IMG/VR virus record: IMGVR_UViG_3300049782_000007
Location: 1 to 46,147 of that record
Length of the DNA: 46,147 nt
Source of the DNA: a virus
Taxonomy: Duplodnaviria > Caudoviricetes
Direction: 5' to 3' (one strand)
In this document: one piece after another, positions 25,717-35,726 of the stretch
Position numbering within the stretch: position 1 is the stretch's first letter
Layout of the letters: every line of letters starts with the position of its first letter
The notes under the pieces: generated by a model
The model's input: the letters and a program-made list of their open reading frames with translations, nothing else
Database searches by the model: none
What the model was told of the DNA's origin: nothing
Translations under genes and position numbers: made by a program

Positions 25717-28116
25717 TTGAAGTTCTCACAGCTACTCAATCGCTTTACTGACGTTGAAGAACACAGCGACGGGGGTTACATTGCTCGGTGTCCGGCTCAT
25801 GATGACTCGCGGCCCTCGTTGCGCATTTGGCGGGGAGACGACAACAAGGTTCGACTCACTTGCCGAGCCGGGTGTGAAACGGAACAGATCATCAAGGCCG
25901 TTGGCCTACCGTGGTCTGCGCTGTTCAATGTGACCGGCGAGGGCAACACCGTTCCCAAGGATCCCCCGGCCATTGTCGGCCCCGGTCCTATCGCTGGACT
26001 GCGGGTGTTCCTTGACTCGCTCACGCTTTACCCGGAAACCGTGGCATATGCCCGAGACCGGTTCGGTCTTGACGAAGCTGCGATTACCGACCTCGGGATC
26101 AGGGGTTTTCACCCTGATTCCGATTCGTCCGGGTTCATGGCGGTCACGACTGCATTTGCCAAGTTCCCGCGCATGGTGGTTCCGCTGTGTGGTTTCGACG
26201 GAATCGCCCGAGGCGTACAGGGTCGGGATCTTTCCGGGAAGTGCCCCGGTCGATGGGTAGGACTCAAGAACCCTCCCGGCCATCGGTGGGCCCTCTACGG
26301 GGTGTTTCGAGGCTCGGGCGGGTATGGGGCCACCATCGTCACCGAGGGGCCGTCAGACGCCCTTACAGCCGTTGCGCTGGGGTACGACGTGGTTTTCGTA
26401 CGTGGGGCCTCCCTCGCTGGCAATCCGGGCCTTGTGGCTGAGCTTGCCAGGGGACTGCGCGGAACCCAAGTCGTCGTAGCCGGTGATAATGACACAGCGG
26501 GGAACATGTTCACCGAGCGTCTGTCGACCGGCCTCGGGGAACACGGAATCGATGTGTACGCGCTGGCAATTCCCCGACAGGGTGACGACCTGAATGCATG
26601 GCGTCTGCGGAACCCGGATGCTTTCCCGACCGAGTTTCACAGGGCCGTACAATCCGCGCGTCTCCCCCGCCAAGCGGCAGAGGTTAAGGCATCCGCCGAG
26701 ATCACCGTTCGCACGGGTGCTGACAGCGTAAGTGCCGACGAAGGAAACGAGGCGGCGCGCATCATCGCTGGCCTACTCGCTCGTTTTGGTGAGTCGGACG
26801 CGATGAACGCGCACGCCTTGGTTGCGTGGACCAATGGCCGAATCAAGTACGCCCCCGGCCTCGGGTTCTACGTGTGGGATGGACGGGTGTGGATTCAGTC
26901 GGATCTCATGGTTCGGCAGGAAATCCACCGCATGGGGGCCGCGCTGGTTCTGGCCGGTGCACTCAAGGAGTCCAAGGGGTTCACGATGACCTCTCGGATT
27001 AACGATTTGATCACTGAGCTCAAGTCCGTTCCGAACGTGTATGTAGAGGCTGACGCATTCGACGCACGTCCGGACTTGCTGAGCTTCCGAAACGGGGTCG
27101 TGGATCTCCGATCCGGAACCCTACGCCCCCACGATCCGGCCGACATGCTGACTACGGTCTTGCCCGCTGACTACGACCCCGAGGCCAAGTGCCCTCGCTG
27201 GGAAACCTTCCTTGGTGAAATCATGCCGGGGATGCCCGAGATGGTGGATTACCTCCGTCGAGTCATTGGCTACGGGATCACCGGGCACACGAGCGAACAG
27301 TGTTTTTGTGTCCTCTGGGGCAAGGGGGCCAACGGAAAGTCAGTATTCAGCGAAACCATTTCAAGCGTGTTCTCCGCCATCACAACGACTACGCCCTTTG
27401 CGACGTTCGAAAGCAAGGGAAGTAGTGGCGGGATTCCGAATGACATTGCCGCCCTGCGCGGTGCACGCCTCGTTATGGCGTCCGAGGGTGAGTCCAATAA
27501 GGACATGTCCGAGGCGGTCATTAAGCGACTGTCGGGTAAGGACCGGGTGACTGCCCGCTTCCTGAACAAGGAATTCTTTACCTATCAGCCAACATTCTTG
27601 ATCCTACTGGCGACGAATCACAAGCCGGGGTTCAGGTCTCAGGACGAGGGACTTTGGCGACGCGTCAAGCTGATTCCTTTCCGACGGTTCTTCGCTCCGC
27701 ACGAGAGGGACTACGACCTTGACCAGAAGCTACTTGCCGAGGCACCGGGCATCATAGCTTGGGCGGTTCGCGGAGCCATCGAGTGGTACGCCGGGGGTCT
27801 GAAGGACCCGGATGTGGTCCGCAACGCAACCAAGGAATACCGGGAGACCTCGGACCGCCTGGCCGGGTTCTACCCGGATGTTCTCAAGCCGACCGGGGAT
27901 CTTACCCGGCTTGACGGGACGGACGCCTACAACGCCTATCGCGATTGGTGTGAGGCGGAAGGGTTGCAGTCCCGAGAGGTTTGGTCCCGAACCATGTTCT
28001 ACCGGGCGATGGAGGAGCGTGGAATTCAGCGCGTGCGCACGAGTAGGGGTCAAGCCTTGATCGGCGTGAAGCTGGAAACGGCTACGCCTACCGGACCCGG
28101 CATCTTCGACAAGTAG
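25717..28116 (+). CDS. DNA primase-helicase (Zn finger, TOPRIM, D5_N, SF3 helicase; P4 alpha-like)
   Basis: CPAHDDSRPSL, TEGPSD, AGDNDTAG, GKGANGKS, LATNHKP; TTG start after GAAGGGAG. Confidence 0.92.
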   Translation: MKFSQLLNRFTDVEEHSDGGYIARCPAHDDSRPSLRIWRGDDNKVRLTCRAGCETEQIIKAVGLPWSALFNVTGEGNTVPKDPPAIVGPGPIAGLRVFLDSLTLYPETVAYARDRFGLDEAAITDLGIRGFHPDSDSSGFMAVTTAFAKFPRMVVPLCGFDGIARGVQGRDLSGKCPGRWVGLKNPPGHRWALYGVFRGSGGYGATIVTEGPSDALTAVALGYDVVFVRGASLAGNPGLVAELARGLRGTQVVVAGDNDTAGNMFTERLSTGLGEHGIDVYALAIPRQGDDLNAWRLRNPDAFPTEFHRAVQSARLPRQAAEVKASAEITVRTGADSVSADEGNEAARIIAGLLARFGESDAMNAHALVAWTNGRIKYAPGLGFYVWDGRVWIQSDLMVRQEIHRMGAALVLAGALKESKGFTMTSRINDLITELKSVPNVYVEADAFDARPDLLSFRNGVVDLRSGTLRPHDPADMLTTVLPADYDPEAKCPRWETFLGEIMPGMPEMVDYLRRVIGYGITGHTSEQCFCVLWGKGANGKSVFSETISSVFSAITTTTPFATFESKGSSGGIPNDIAALRGARLVMASEGESNKDMSEAVIKRLSGKDRVTARFLNKEFFTYQPTFLILLATNHKPGFRSQDEGLWRRVKLIPFRRFFAPHERDYDLDQKLLAEAPGIIAWAVRGAIEWYAGGLKDPDVVRNATKEYRETSDRLAGFYPDVLKPTGDLTRLDGTDAYNAYRDWCEAEGLQSREVWSRTMFYRAMEERGIQRVRTSRGQALIGVKLETATPTGPGIFDK

Positions 28117-28132
28117 TCACGAGGACCCGACA

Positions 28133-28146
28133 TAGGAACGTTCCTA
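28133..28146. repeat. Palindrome copy 13 (34-bp perfect palindrome 28123-28156)
   Basis: GGACCCGACATAGGAACGTTCCTATGTCGGGTCC. Confidence 0.95.
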
Positions 28147-28173
28147 TGTCGGGTCCCTCTGTTGGGAGGGCTC

Positions 28174-30036
28174 TTGCGTACCTACTACCACGGCATTGCC
28201 GGAGACCGGATAACCGTCAATGTCCCAGAGACCGAAACTGATCTTGAGGAATTCAAGCGGTGGGCTCGTCGCGCGTCTCGTGTCGGTCCCCTTGCACTGG
28301 ACACCGAGACCACCGGCCTTGATATCTACAGCGATTCGTTCGGCCTGCGGACCGTTCAGTTTGGTGACGCGCATACGGCATGGGTAATCCATTGGGAACG
28401 GGGCGGTTGGTTTATTGAGACCGTTCTATGGGTCCTGCGAAAGCTGCGCCCTCGGTTCTTGATTCACAATGCGCCGTATGACTGGCTTGTTCTGAATCAG
28501 AAAGCCGGGGTCCCCCTGGAAGATCTTGCGCCGCTGACTCGGGATACGTCCATCATGGCGACACTGATTGACCCGAGGCAGGAACACGAGGGCGGCATGG
28601 GCCGGGCCCTCAAGCCGCTTTCCGCCAAGCTGATTGACCCCGATGCGCCGGACACGCAAGGTGACTTGACTGCCGTATTTCGCTCCCTTGGTCTGACCAA
28701 GGCAACCGGGTGGGCCGGTATCCCGCTGGATCACCCCACCTACAACTTGTACGCTGGGCTTGACGTGATTCTCACGGCCCGTCTGTACCCAATTCTTGCG
28801 GAGATTCACGAACAGCTAGACATTCGCCGGATGCTCGTGGACTACGAACACGAGATAGCTCGTATTTGCGCGACCATGCAGCGGACCGGACTTGTTCTTG
28901 ACAAGGAATATACCCGCAAGCTGGATGAGCGGTTGGCCGAGGAAGCCGAGAAGTACGCGGATATCGCCCGGCAATACGGCGTCGAGAACGTCAACAGTAA
29001 CAAGCAGATTGCGGAAGCCCTCGTATGGATGGGCGAAACGCAGATCCTAGAGAACACCACCAAGACCGGTGCGATCAAGGTAGACAAGACTGTCCTACTT
29101 GGGCTTGCCGACCTTGACTTGCACACATGGGAACGACTTGGGGTACGTGACCCGAACCCCCTTGCTGACGCCGTTGTCCGTAGCAAGCGTGCGGCCAAGT
29201 GGCGGAGTGCCTACGTAGAGACGTTCCTTGAGACTGCGGACGCCTCGGGCCGGGTACACCCGATGATACAGACGCTAGCCGCACGCACGGGCCGTATGTC
29301 CATCACGCGTCCCGCGCTGCAAACGCTACCGTCCTCGGAACAGATGATCCGCCGTGCGCTACTTGCGGACGAGGATCACGTCATGGTGTCCACCGACTTT
29401 GACGCCGTAGAGATGCGAGTCTTGGCCGCCCTCGCTGACGTGAAGAAGATGAAACAGGCAATTGCCGAGGGCCACGACCTACACGACTTTACGGCGTCAC
29501 TGGTGTACGGGCCCGACTTCACCAAGCATCATCGCAAGATTTGCAAGGGTGTCGGTTTCGGCAAGGTCTACGGCGGTGGTCCCGAGACCATCAGTAGGCA
29601 GACCGGTGCGGCTGTCGCTGACGTTAAGCGGGCAATCGCCACCTATGACCGGGTGTATCCCGAGATCAAGCGGTTCAGCTCTCGTCATCAGCGGATCGCC
29701 CGTGAGAACGGCATGGTAACGGTGACCCTTACCGGTCGCAGGTTGCCACTGGACCGTGACCGTGCGTACGCCGTCGTGAATTACCAAGTGCAAAGCGCCG
29801 CGCGTGACGTTCTCGGGCAGGCACTTATCGACATGGACTCGGCTGGTCTGCTGCCGTATCTGCGCTTGCCTATCCATGACGAAGTGTTGGCCAGTGTACC
29901 ACGACGCGATGCGGTCGAACTGTCCCGTGAGATCGAGCGGTGCATGAGCATGACTCTCGGTGGCGTGGCTATCACCGCCAAGGCGGAGACCAAGGGGTTG
30001 CGTAGTTGGGGTTCGCTGTACGGGGCCGACTACTGA
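28174..30036 (+). CDS. DNA polymerase, family A (3'-5' exonuclease plus polymerase)
   Basis: DTETTGL exonuclease motif, RTGRMS, DFDAVEMR motif A, RKICKGVGFGKVYG motif B, IHDE motif C. Confidence 0.95.
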   Translation: MRTYYHGIAGDRITVNVPETETDLEEFKRWARRASRVGPLALDTETTGLDIYSDSFGLRTVQFGDAHTAWVIHWERGGWFIETVLWVLRKLRPRFLIHNAPYDWLVLNQKAGVPLEDLAPLTRDTSIMATLIDPRQEHEGGMGRALKPLSAKLIDPDAPDTQGDLTAVFRSLGLTKATGWAGIPLDHPTYNLYAGLDVILTARLYPILAEIHEQLDIRRMLVDYEHEIARICATMQRTGLVLDKEYTRKLDERLAEEAEKYADIARQYGVENVNSNKQIAEALVWMGETQILENTTKTGAIKVDKTVLLGLADLDLHTWERLGVRDPNPLADAVVRSKRAAKWRSAYVETFLETADASGRVHPMIQTLAARTGRMSITRPALQTLPSSEQMIRRALLADEDHVMVSTDFDAVEMRVLAALADVKKMKQAIAEGHDLHDFTASLVYGPDFTKHHRKICKGVGFGKVYGGGPETISRQTGAAVADVKRAIATYDRVYPEIKRFSSRHQRIARENGMVTVTLTGRRLPLDRDRAYAVVNYQVQSAARDVLGQALIDMDSAGLLPYLRLPIHDEVLASVPRRDAVELSREIERCMSMTLGGVAITAKAETKGLRSWGSLYGADY

Positions 30037-30056
30037 TCGTACCCAAGGATGAGACA

Positions 30057-30070
30057 TAGGAACGTTCCTA
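30057..30070. repeat. Palindrome copy 14
   Basis: Exact match. Confidence 0.95.
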
Positions 30071-30398
30071 TGTCGAAACCAAACTTTTTTTGGCGAGAGG
30101 ACGGACCAGACATAGCGGACACGCTCCTGTAAACCCAAAATTTAGGTACCCCCGTATTTGTGTAACCGCAGGTACGGGGCCCTTTTATTTTCAAAACCAT
30201 GGCTGACAGGTCATCAGCCCTTAGTTTGCACGCTGGCATATGCCTTGCGCACGTTTGACCAGCGACGTTAGATCGCTGCCGTACCAGCGAGACCAGCGCG
30301 CGGCCCCGTCTGGACACACACCCCGGACGGGTTCCGTGTGCCCTCTCCTGCCCGCATCACGCGTGTGATGCAGGTCACGCCGCGCCACTCCTCCGGGA

Positions 30399-30414
30399 CT
30401 TAACCCACTCACTC
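30399..30414 (+). promoter_or_regulatory. CTTAAC box e (CTTAACCCACTCACTC)
   Basis: Motif copy upstream of the sigma-like gene. Confidence 0.7.
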
Positions 30415-30450
30415 ACTGACCAGTGAGCGACGGAAAACCGGAGGAAAACA

Positions 30451-31251
30451 GTGGACACGATCACGCTTGACACGATTCGGGCAGCACAGGACAACGACCT
30501 TGAGGCAGTGACCGAGGTCATCAAGGCCACGGAATCTCGCATACGAGGCATAGCCGGAAAGCTCAGTGCATCGGTAGACCAGCGGGAAGAGTTCGAACAG
30601 GTCGGCCGTGTGGCGGTATGGGAGGCCCTGAGCCGGTTTACCGGGGAAAGCGTGGACAGCTTCTTTGCTTTCATGACCCGGACGGCCGAAACCACCATGC
30701 GGGATGCGGTCCGCATAGAGAAGAACCAGGGAGCGACTGGCGCTGATCACACGGCGCTCTGGACGTTCGCCGCATGTGTGCGAGAGGCGAACGGGGACCT
30801 TGACGTAGCCGAGCGGCTTTGTCAGACGCTTCCCGCCAAGGGGCGCCGACTGTCCGCCGAACGTGCACACGCTGCCCGCATGGCATACGAGGGGCCCGTC
30901 TCGCTGGACATGCAGAACGGCGACGAGGGTGTGACTCTGGCAGACCTGATCGAGTCGGATTACGGGGTTCCCGATGACCTCGTTGAAGCCTCAGACCTTG
31001 CCCGTTCGCAGCGTGACAGGAAGATCAAGACCGTTCGCGCCGTACTGGACAGCATGGGTGCCAAGGGTTCCCACATCCTCAAGGCCACGTATGGCATAGA
31101 CCCGGTGCCTTGCCTCGGGACCGGCGCTGAGGCTGATCGGGAGCTGGCCGAGACCTTGGGGACCAAGCCCGCAACCGTCAAGGTGTTGCGAAATCAGGCT
31201 CACAAGAGCTTCGAGAACCGCTACCGGAAGGTCACGGGGTTGACCGCGTGA
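30451..31251 (+). CDS. RNA polymerase sigma factor-like protein
   Basis: Region 2-like EEFEQVGRVAVWEALSRF, VSLD, and region 4-like ELAETLG HTH; GGAGG RBS. Confidence 0.8.
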   Translation: MDTITLDTIRAAQDNDLEAVTEVIKATESRIRGIAGKLSASVDQREEFEQVGRVAVWEALSRFTGESVDSFFAFMTRTAETTMRDAVRIEKNQGATGADHTALWTFAACVREANGDLDVAERLCQTLPAKGRRLSAERAHAARMAYEGPVSLDMQNGDEGVTLADLIESDYGVPDDLVEASDLARSQRDRKIKTVRAVLDSMGAKGSHILKATYGIDPVPCLGTGAEADRELAETLGTKPATVKVLRNQAHKSFENRYRKVTGLTA

Positions 31252-31673
31252 CTGACCGACGCGCGTATCACGCCCTGTACCACTCGATACACGCTGAGGA
31301 ACGCCGCCAGTACGCCCGTGAGTGGCGCAGAAAGAACGCTGCGAGGGTTCGGGCCTACAGAGAAGAGAACGCCAGCGAGAGGGCCGCTCAAGCCCGTGCG
31401 GCACGGTACCGGCGACGAGTAGCAAAGTGGCTTGCCGAAACCGAGATCGTTGTCAGCCTTTGGGCCGAGGTCAACGACGTGCCCCGGCCCTCCCCCATCG
31501 ATCCCCAAGCGCTGGTCATCCGTTGGGATGAGACAGGCGTAACCAACACATGCGCACGCGGCTGTGGCCGTGGTTGGCGAGAAATCGTTCACGCTGTCCC
31601 CCTATACGCGGGCGGCGTACATGACGTATCCAATCTCGTCCCCGTCTGTGGCCGCTGCGAGAGGAACAAATGA
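31248..31673 (+). CDS. Divergent HNH-family protein
   Basis: CARGC...HAVPLYAGGVHDVSNLVPVCGRC. Confidence 0.7.
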   Translation: MTDRRAYHALYHSIHAEERRQYAREWRRKNAARVRAYREENASERAAQARAARYRRRVAKWLAETEIVVSLWAEVNDVPRPSPIDPQALVIRWDETGVTNTCARGCGRGWREIVHAVPLYAGGVHDVSNLVPVCGRCERNK

Positions 31674-31840
31674 TCACCTACTCCACTTACGACGGCGGAA
31701 CCCTCCATACTCGCCGCGTAGGCCCGAGATTCGAGTTCGAGTTGAGGAACCCGAAGGGAGAAACGACGGCAACCGTCGAAATGTCCGAGGCTGATGCATG
31801 GTCCCTACTTCAAGAGCTTGGTAGGGAATTGCACGCATGA
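31670..31840 (+). CDS. Hypothetical protein (56 aa), not in the ORF track
   Basis: GAGG RBS; ATGA coupling. Confidence 0.65.
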   Translation: MITYSTYDGGTLHTRRVGPRFEFELRNPKGETTATVEMSEADAWSLLQELGRELHA

Positions 31841-31986
31841 ACGGACGTAAGCACATTCCAGACCTTGACGGTTATGACAATGGCGAATCCCCCACTCTGT
31901 CCGTTTGGGATGAGTGGGACCGTGAAGATACCGCCGATACGTTGGCCGAATTGTTTGATGAGTTCCCCGAGGACGAAACGGCCTAG
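31837..31986 (+). CDS. Acidic hypothetical protein (49 aa), not in the ORF track
   Basis: ATGA coupling; very acidic C-terminus. Confidence 0.6.
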   Translation: MNGRKHIPDLDGYDNGESPTLSVWDEWDREDTADTLAELFDEFPEDETA

Positions 31987-32008
31987 GCCATTCGACGTAC
32001 AACCGACA

Positions 32009-32022
32009 TAGGAACGTTCCTA
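32009..32022. repeat. Palindrome copy 15
   Basis: Exact match. Confidence 0.95.
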
Positions 32023-32042
32023 TGTCTAACCCTGGGAGAGGC

Positions 32043-32762
32043 ATGCAGGTTACCCTTCTCGCGTCAACTACCATCGCTGCCCACGTATTGGCGGAAGCCT
32101 ACGACGACTACGACGTATGGGGGCCGGACGCCAAGCGGAATAAGTGGTCAGTTACCAATGCTGACGCACTGGCCGAGGCTGCGGGCCGACTGTGCTACAA
32201 GTCGTTTCACCGACCCAACGAGGCAACGGCCGGTAACCGGGACTACTTGGCGAACATCATCCGCCAAGGTCATTTCAGTATCCTGGAACACAGTTCCGCC
32301 ACGTTCCTCGTTCAGGGCGTATCGCGTGCACTGCTGACGGAACTTACCCGGCATCGACACCTCTCCTTCTCGGTGGTCTCACAGCGCTACGTCTCGTACG
32401 AGAACACCGGGCCCGTCATTCCGCCTGCACTGTGCGACGATCTGTACGCGACTGAGACAGTAAGAGTTGCATACGCGGAAGCTCTGGAAGCGTATACGGA
32501 CCTTGTCAGTTACCTGATGGAGGACCGTGGACTCAAGCGCAAAGAAGCACGGGAAGCCGCGCGCTGTGTTCTCCCCAACGCTGCCCCTGTAGACATGGTG
32601 GTTACGGGCAACCTCCGAGCTTGGCGTGACGTACTTGGTAAGCGTTGGCACATAGCCGCAGACGCCGAGATCCGAGAGTTCGCGGGCAAGACCCTTGAGC
32701 ACCTGCGCACCCTCGCGCCTAACAGCTTCCAAGACATTCCGGCCGAGCCGTACGGCACTTAA
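32043..32762 (+). CDS. thyX: Flavin-dependent thymidylate synthase
   Basis: GHFSILEH and [15 protein letters not shown] signature, REAAR, NLRAW. Confidence 0.95.
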   Translation: MQVTLLASTTIAAHVLAEAYDDYDVWGPDAKRNKWSVTNADALAEAAGRLCYKSFHRPNEATAGNRDYLANIIRQGHFSILEHSSATFLVQGVSRALLTELTRHRHLSFSVVSQRYVSYENTGPVIPPALCDDLYATETVRVAYAEALEAYTDLVSYLMEDRGLKRKEAREAARCVLPNAAPVDMVVTGNLRAWRDVLGKRWHIAADAEIREFAGKTLEHLRTLAPNSFQDIPAEPYGT

Positions 32763-32773
32763 CCCACTCAATA
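32758..32773 (+). promoter_or_regulatory. CTTAAC box f (CTTAACCCACTCAATA), supplies the thyX TAA stop
   Basis: Motif copy. Confidence 0.65.
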
Positions 32774-32782
32774 GGGGAAGTC

Positions 32783-33049
32783 ATGAGAACGAAAATCGCG
32801 CTTTCTGCTCTGGCCGTTATTGCCCTCACACTCACCGGCTGTACCGAGAACAAAGACGAAACCGACTGTGACACGTTCGTATCGGCTGGAATTTCCGTAC
32901 CGGCCCCGCGTCCGGTACCTCCCCCGCGTGTACCAAGCATGACCAAGCCTGCACCCAGTAGTCCGCGCATTAAACCTGCACCAAAGGCGCCGACAGTCCC
33001 CAAGGGTCCGCGAGTTCACACCATCTGCCACGAGGGAGACGACGACTAA
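32783..33049 (+). CDS. Putative lipoprotein, Pro-rich
   Basis: Signal peptide with LTGC lipobox. Confidence 0.7.
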   Translation: MRTKIALSALAVIALTLTGCTENKDETDCDTFVSAGISVPAPRPVPPPRVPSMTKPAPSSPRIKPAPKAPTVPKGPRVHTICHEGDDD

Positions 33050-33402
33050 TGCCGTTCTACACTTTCGACCAGAACAACAGCGGTGGCGGGTTCGACTACG
33101 ACGAGTCGGCCGGTATTTCCTGCGTCGTCATCATTGAGGCGGATAGCGCCTATAGCGCGAACAGGCGGGCCGAGGAAATCGGGCTGTACTTCGACGGGGC
33201 GGACAAGGGGTCAGATTGCCCTTGCTGTGGTGACCGCTGGCACGAGGCTTACGGCGAGGGTGACGAGGTGCCGAGCGTTTACGATACCCCCCTTCCTGAA
33301 TACGTCCCTTACTTCAAATGGATTCGTTCGGGCTACGAGATATTCACGCACTACTCGGACGGCCGGATAGTCGGCACGCACGGACCGGAGGTTTCCAAGT
33401 GA
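33049..33402 (+). CDS. Hypothetical protein (QNNSGG / CPCCGDRW motifs)
   Basis: TAATG coupling; motif-rich ORF. Confidence 0.75.
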   Translation: MPFYTFDQNNSGGGFDYDESAGISCVVIIEADSAYSANRRAEEIGLYFDGADKGSDCPCCGDRWHEAYGEGDEVPSVYDTPLPEYVPYFKWIRSGYEIFTHYSDGRIVGTHGPEVSK

Positions 33403-33719
33403 GTATTTACTACTCCCCCGAGGAATACGGCGCGCGAATTATTGGGGATGTCGACACCATGGGCGGCTACGAGTTCAACATGCTGGCGGTGTTTCAGCGG
33501 AAGTCAGATGGAGCTCTTTTCTACGACACCGACATGGGTTGTTCGTGCCACTTCCCGTTTTCGGATTCCACGTGGGACAACATGGAGCAGATTCGTACCG
33601 GCTCGTGGTTCGCGGGTCAGGCTCGAAAGTGGCTCCGCGAGTCCTACTTCACTAGCGCTGACGACCGAGACGCTATAGAGCGGCTGATAGTCAAGGTTCG
33701 AAAGATCCTCGCTGCGTGA
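33399..33719 (+). CDS. Hypothetical protein (106 aa, GCSC motif)
   Basis: GGAGG RBS; GTGA coupling. Confidence 0.75.
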   Translation: MSIYYSPEEYGARIIGDVDTMGGYEFNMLAVFQRKSDGALFYDTDMGCSCHFPFSDSTWDNMEQIRTGSWFAGQARKWLRESYFTSADDRDAIERLIVKVRKILAA

Positions 33720-33853
33720 AAACCGCACTCGGATTGATGCTCGCTGCGTTCATCGGGGCCGTTGGTCTGTTCGTCTGGACTGCGGCCCCGTGTGGGTTGT
33801 GGACGTTCGCTAGCGCGGGTGAGACCCCCGCCCGCTGTCTGATGGGAAAGTGA
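33716..33853 (+). CDS. Small membrane protein (45 aa), not in the ORF track
   Basis: GTGA coupling; hydrophobic N-terminal half. Confidence 0.6.
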   Translation: MKTALGLMLAAFIGAVGLFVWTAAPCGLWTFASAGETPARCLMGK

Positions 33854-34105
33854 ATGACGGTCGTTTTCTTCGGTGCCTCATGGTGCCGACCCTGCAAAGC
33901 CGCATGGCCGCACGTTGAACGCATGGCCGGTGAGTTCGGTAAGTCGCTCGAATACGTGGACGTAGAGTACGGCGACAGTCGCGCGAACGACGTGACCGCC
34001 ATTCCCACTGTTCGCGCATACGACGAGTACGGCGACATAGTTGCTGAGATGCGCGGGAACGTCTCGCGGGGAACGATTGACGCGTTCTTCAACGGTCTGC
34101 CATGA
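33854..34105 (+). CDS. Thioredoxin-family protein
   Basis: FGASWCRPCK and IPT cis-Pro motif. Confidence 0.88.
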   Translation: MTVVFFGASWCRPCKAAWPHVERMAGEFGKSLEYVDVEYGDSRANDVTAIPTVRAYDEYGDIVAEMRGNVSRGTIDAFFNGLP

Positions 34106-34284
34106 AGCGTGGCGGAGTAATGCTACGTATGCGTAATTGGGGCAGCGTGGGTGGTCATTACCCGTGCTGCCCCGGTCACGACCGGACTGCCGGTAAGGGA
34201 ATCAAAATTTGGCGCAGAAAGATTCGGCGCGCGGAAGAACGAGGATGGATGCGTGAGTGGCATTCGGAAGGACGAAGTGACTGA
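34102..34284 (+). CDS. Basic hypothetical protein (60 aa)
   Basis: ATGA coupling; CCPGHD. Confidence 0.55.
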   Translation: MKRGGVMLRMRNWGSVGGHYPCCPGHDRTAGKGIKIWRRKIRRAEERGWMREWHSEGRSD

Positions 34285-34669
34285 TCGACCGAATCGCCCC
34301 GGATGGGATGCCTTCTACCTTGCCGGTGCAGCATGGGCCGCTACTCGTGCCGATTGCACACGGGCAAAGGTGGGAGCTGTTCTCGTCTCCCGTGATCACC
34401 GCGTCAGCATCGGCTACAACGGTCTGCCCGCTGGGATTCCGGGGTGTGCGTCAGCCGGTAACTGCCCGCGCGGTAAGCTGAGCCGGGATGAATGTGAACC
34501 CGATTCGGACTACGCTAACTGTGCAGCAAACCACGCAGAATACAACGCAATTGTGCGCGCTCGCCCCGAAGACCTCCCAGGAGCTACCCTGTACGTCACC
34601 CGCGAGCCATGTCCTAGGTGCAGAACGCTGATATCTAGTGCGGGCATCAGCCGAGTGGTCACACCCTGA
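34277..34669 (+). CDS. dCMP deaminase
   Basis: RPGWD, VGAVLV, GYNG, HAEYNAI, PCPRC. Confidence 0.92.
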   Translation: MTDRPNRPGWDAFYLAGAAWAATRADCTRAKVGAVLVSRDHRVSIGYNGLPAGIPGCASAGNCPRGKLSRDECEPDSDYANCAANHAEYNAIVRARPEDLPGATLYVTREPCPRCRTLISSAGISRVVTP

Positions 34670-34671
34670 CA

Positions 34672-34685
34672 TAGGAACGTTCCTA
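34672..34685. repeat. Palindrome copy 16
   Basis: Exact; the TGA stop of the deaminase overlaps the flank. Confidence 0.95.
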
Positions 34686-34790
34686 TGTCGTAGAGAGTCA
34701 TCCGCTTGCACTTCCGATTCTGCGACTTGACAAAATTGTCACCCTCTGCCACCCTGGAAGATCTGACCGAACAGGCGGAGGAACCCCAGG

Positions 34791-34988
34791 GTGGTAACGT
34801 TGGAACGGAACATGTGGCAAGTCGAATTTCCACAACACGGCGGCAAGGTCGTTCGTCTGACTGTTGCCGCACCGGCCGACCAAGAGAGTGCGGATGTGAT
34901 CGTGACCATGTCCGCAGCATGCACTGAGGCGGGGTTGAAGGTCGACCCGTTCGAAGCTACGGCCGTTCGCCTCAATCCCGCAGCCTGA
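34791..34988 (+). CDS. Hypothetical protein (65 aa), cassette 1
   Basis: GGAGG RBS; followed by terminator 35000-35031. Confidence 0.65.
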   Translation: MVTLERNMWQVEFPQHGGKVVRLTVAAPADQESADVIVTMSAACTEAGLKVDPFEATAVRLNPAA

Positions 34989-35038
34989 ACCATAGCGAGA
35001 GAACCCCCAGTCTCTATGGCTGGGGGTTTTCACGTACC

Positions 35039-35052
35039 TAGGAACGTTCCTA
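35039..35052. repeat. Palindrome copy 17
   Basis: Exact; abuts -35 TTGTGT. Confidence 0.95.
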
Positions 35053-35054
35053 GG

Positions 35055-35114
35055 TTGTGTCCTCCCACCCGACCGTGCTACGTTTCTCGCGTCACCAAGG
35101 GAACAGGCCCAAGG
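35055..35114 (+). promoter_or_regulatory. Cassette promoter TTGTGT-N18-TACGTT plus conserved leader
   Basis: Leader CCAAGG-GAACAGGC-CCAAGG at 35095-35114. Confidence 0.7.
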
Positions 35115-35134
35115 GACGGACGAGAGGAAGACTC

Positions 35135-35281
35135 ATGGACTACATGGACTACATCGGTGGTTGCGGTTTCGGGGACCGCCCGTGCCTGAACTGTGAGACG
35201 GAACCTGCCGCCCCTGACAGCCTCTACTGCGAAGATGAGTGTCGCGACGAGTTCGAGGGTATCGGCAAGTATGCTGGGTAG
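35135..35281 (+). CDS. Small Cys-rich protein (48 aa), cassette 2
   Basis: CGAGAGGA RBS; CLNC...YCEDECR; terminator 35292-35328. Confidence 0.7.
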   Translation: MDYMDYIGGCGFGDRPCLNCETEPAAPDSLYCEDECRDEFEGIGKYAG

Positions 35282-35336
35282 TTACTAGGGCAAAGCCCCC
35301 GATTCGGAGTAATCCGGTCGGGGGCTTTATCGTACC

Positions 35337-35350
35337 TAGGAACGTTCCTA
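35337..35350. repeat. Palindrome copy 18
   Basis: Exact; abuts -35 TTGCAC. Confidence 0.95.
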
Positions 35351-35352
35351 GG

Positions 35353-35412
35353 TTGCACACCGCGCCCCGGTAGTGCTACCTTCCTCTTGTCGCCGAGGGG
35401 ACAAGCCCAAGG
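35353..35412 (+). promoter_or_regulatory. Cassette promoter TTGCAC-N18-TACCTT plus conserved leader
   Basis: Leader CCGAGG-GGACAAGC-CCAAGG at 35393-35412. Confidence 0.7.
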
Positions 35413-35432
35413 CGGGAACGAAAGGAAGCAAG

Positions 35433-35645
35433 ATGATTCACCCCAAGGTCACTGAGGCTTTTAATGCCTACCTCGCTGCCCGCGATGAGGCCGGTTACGA
35501 GGTGGTAGCTTTCGAGATCACCGAGGCCGATGGCACTTACTATCTTCACCGTGACAACCTGTTCCCGCTGACCCTCGGGGACCACGAGGCAACCGTTCAC
35601 GCCTTGCAAGTTTCGGTTTCCAGTCTTCGCAGCATCGACGCGTAA
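35433..35645 (+). CDS. Hypothetical protein (70 aa), cassette 3
   Basis: CGAAAGGA RBS; hairpin 35658-35700. Confidence 0.7.
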   Translation: MIHPKVTEAFNAYLAARDEAGYEVVAFEITEADGTYYLHRDNLFPLTLGDHEATVHALQVSVSSLRSIDA

Positions 35646-35710
35646 GCATCACTCCTAGAGGGGCTCCGGTCGGTTTTCCTGCCGGGGTCCTTCCCTTTTT
35701 GCATGGGACC

Positions 35711-35724
35711 TAGGAACGTTCCTA
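35711..35724. repeat. Palindrome copy 19
   Basis: Exact; abuts -35 TGGACA. Confidence 0.95.
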
Positions 35725-35726
35725 GG

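Noticed and set aside
28123-28156. Protelomerase target (telRL) suggested by a 34-bp perfect palindrome
   Set aside because: It is an extended copy of the 24-member motif; no protelomerase gene; an intact serine integrase is present
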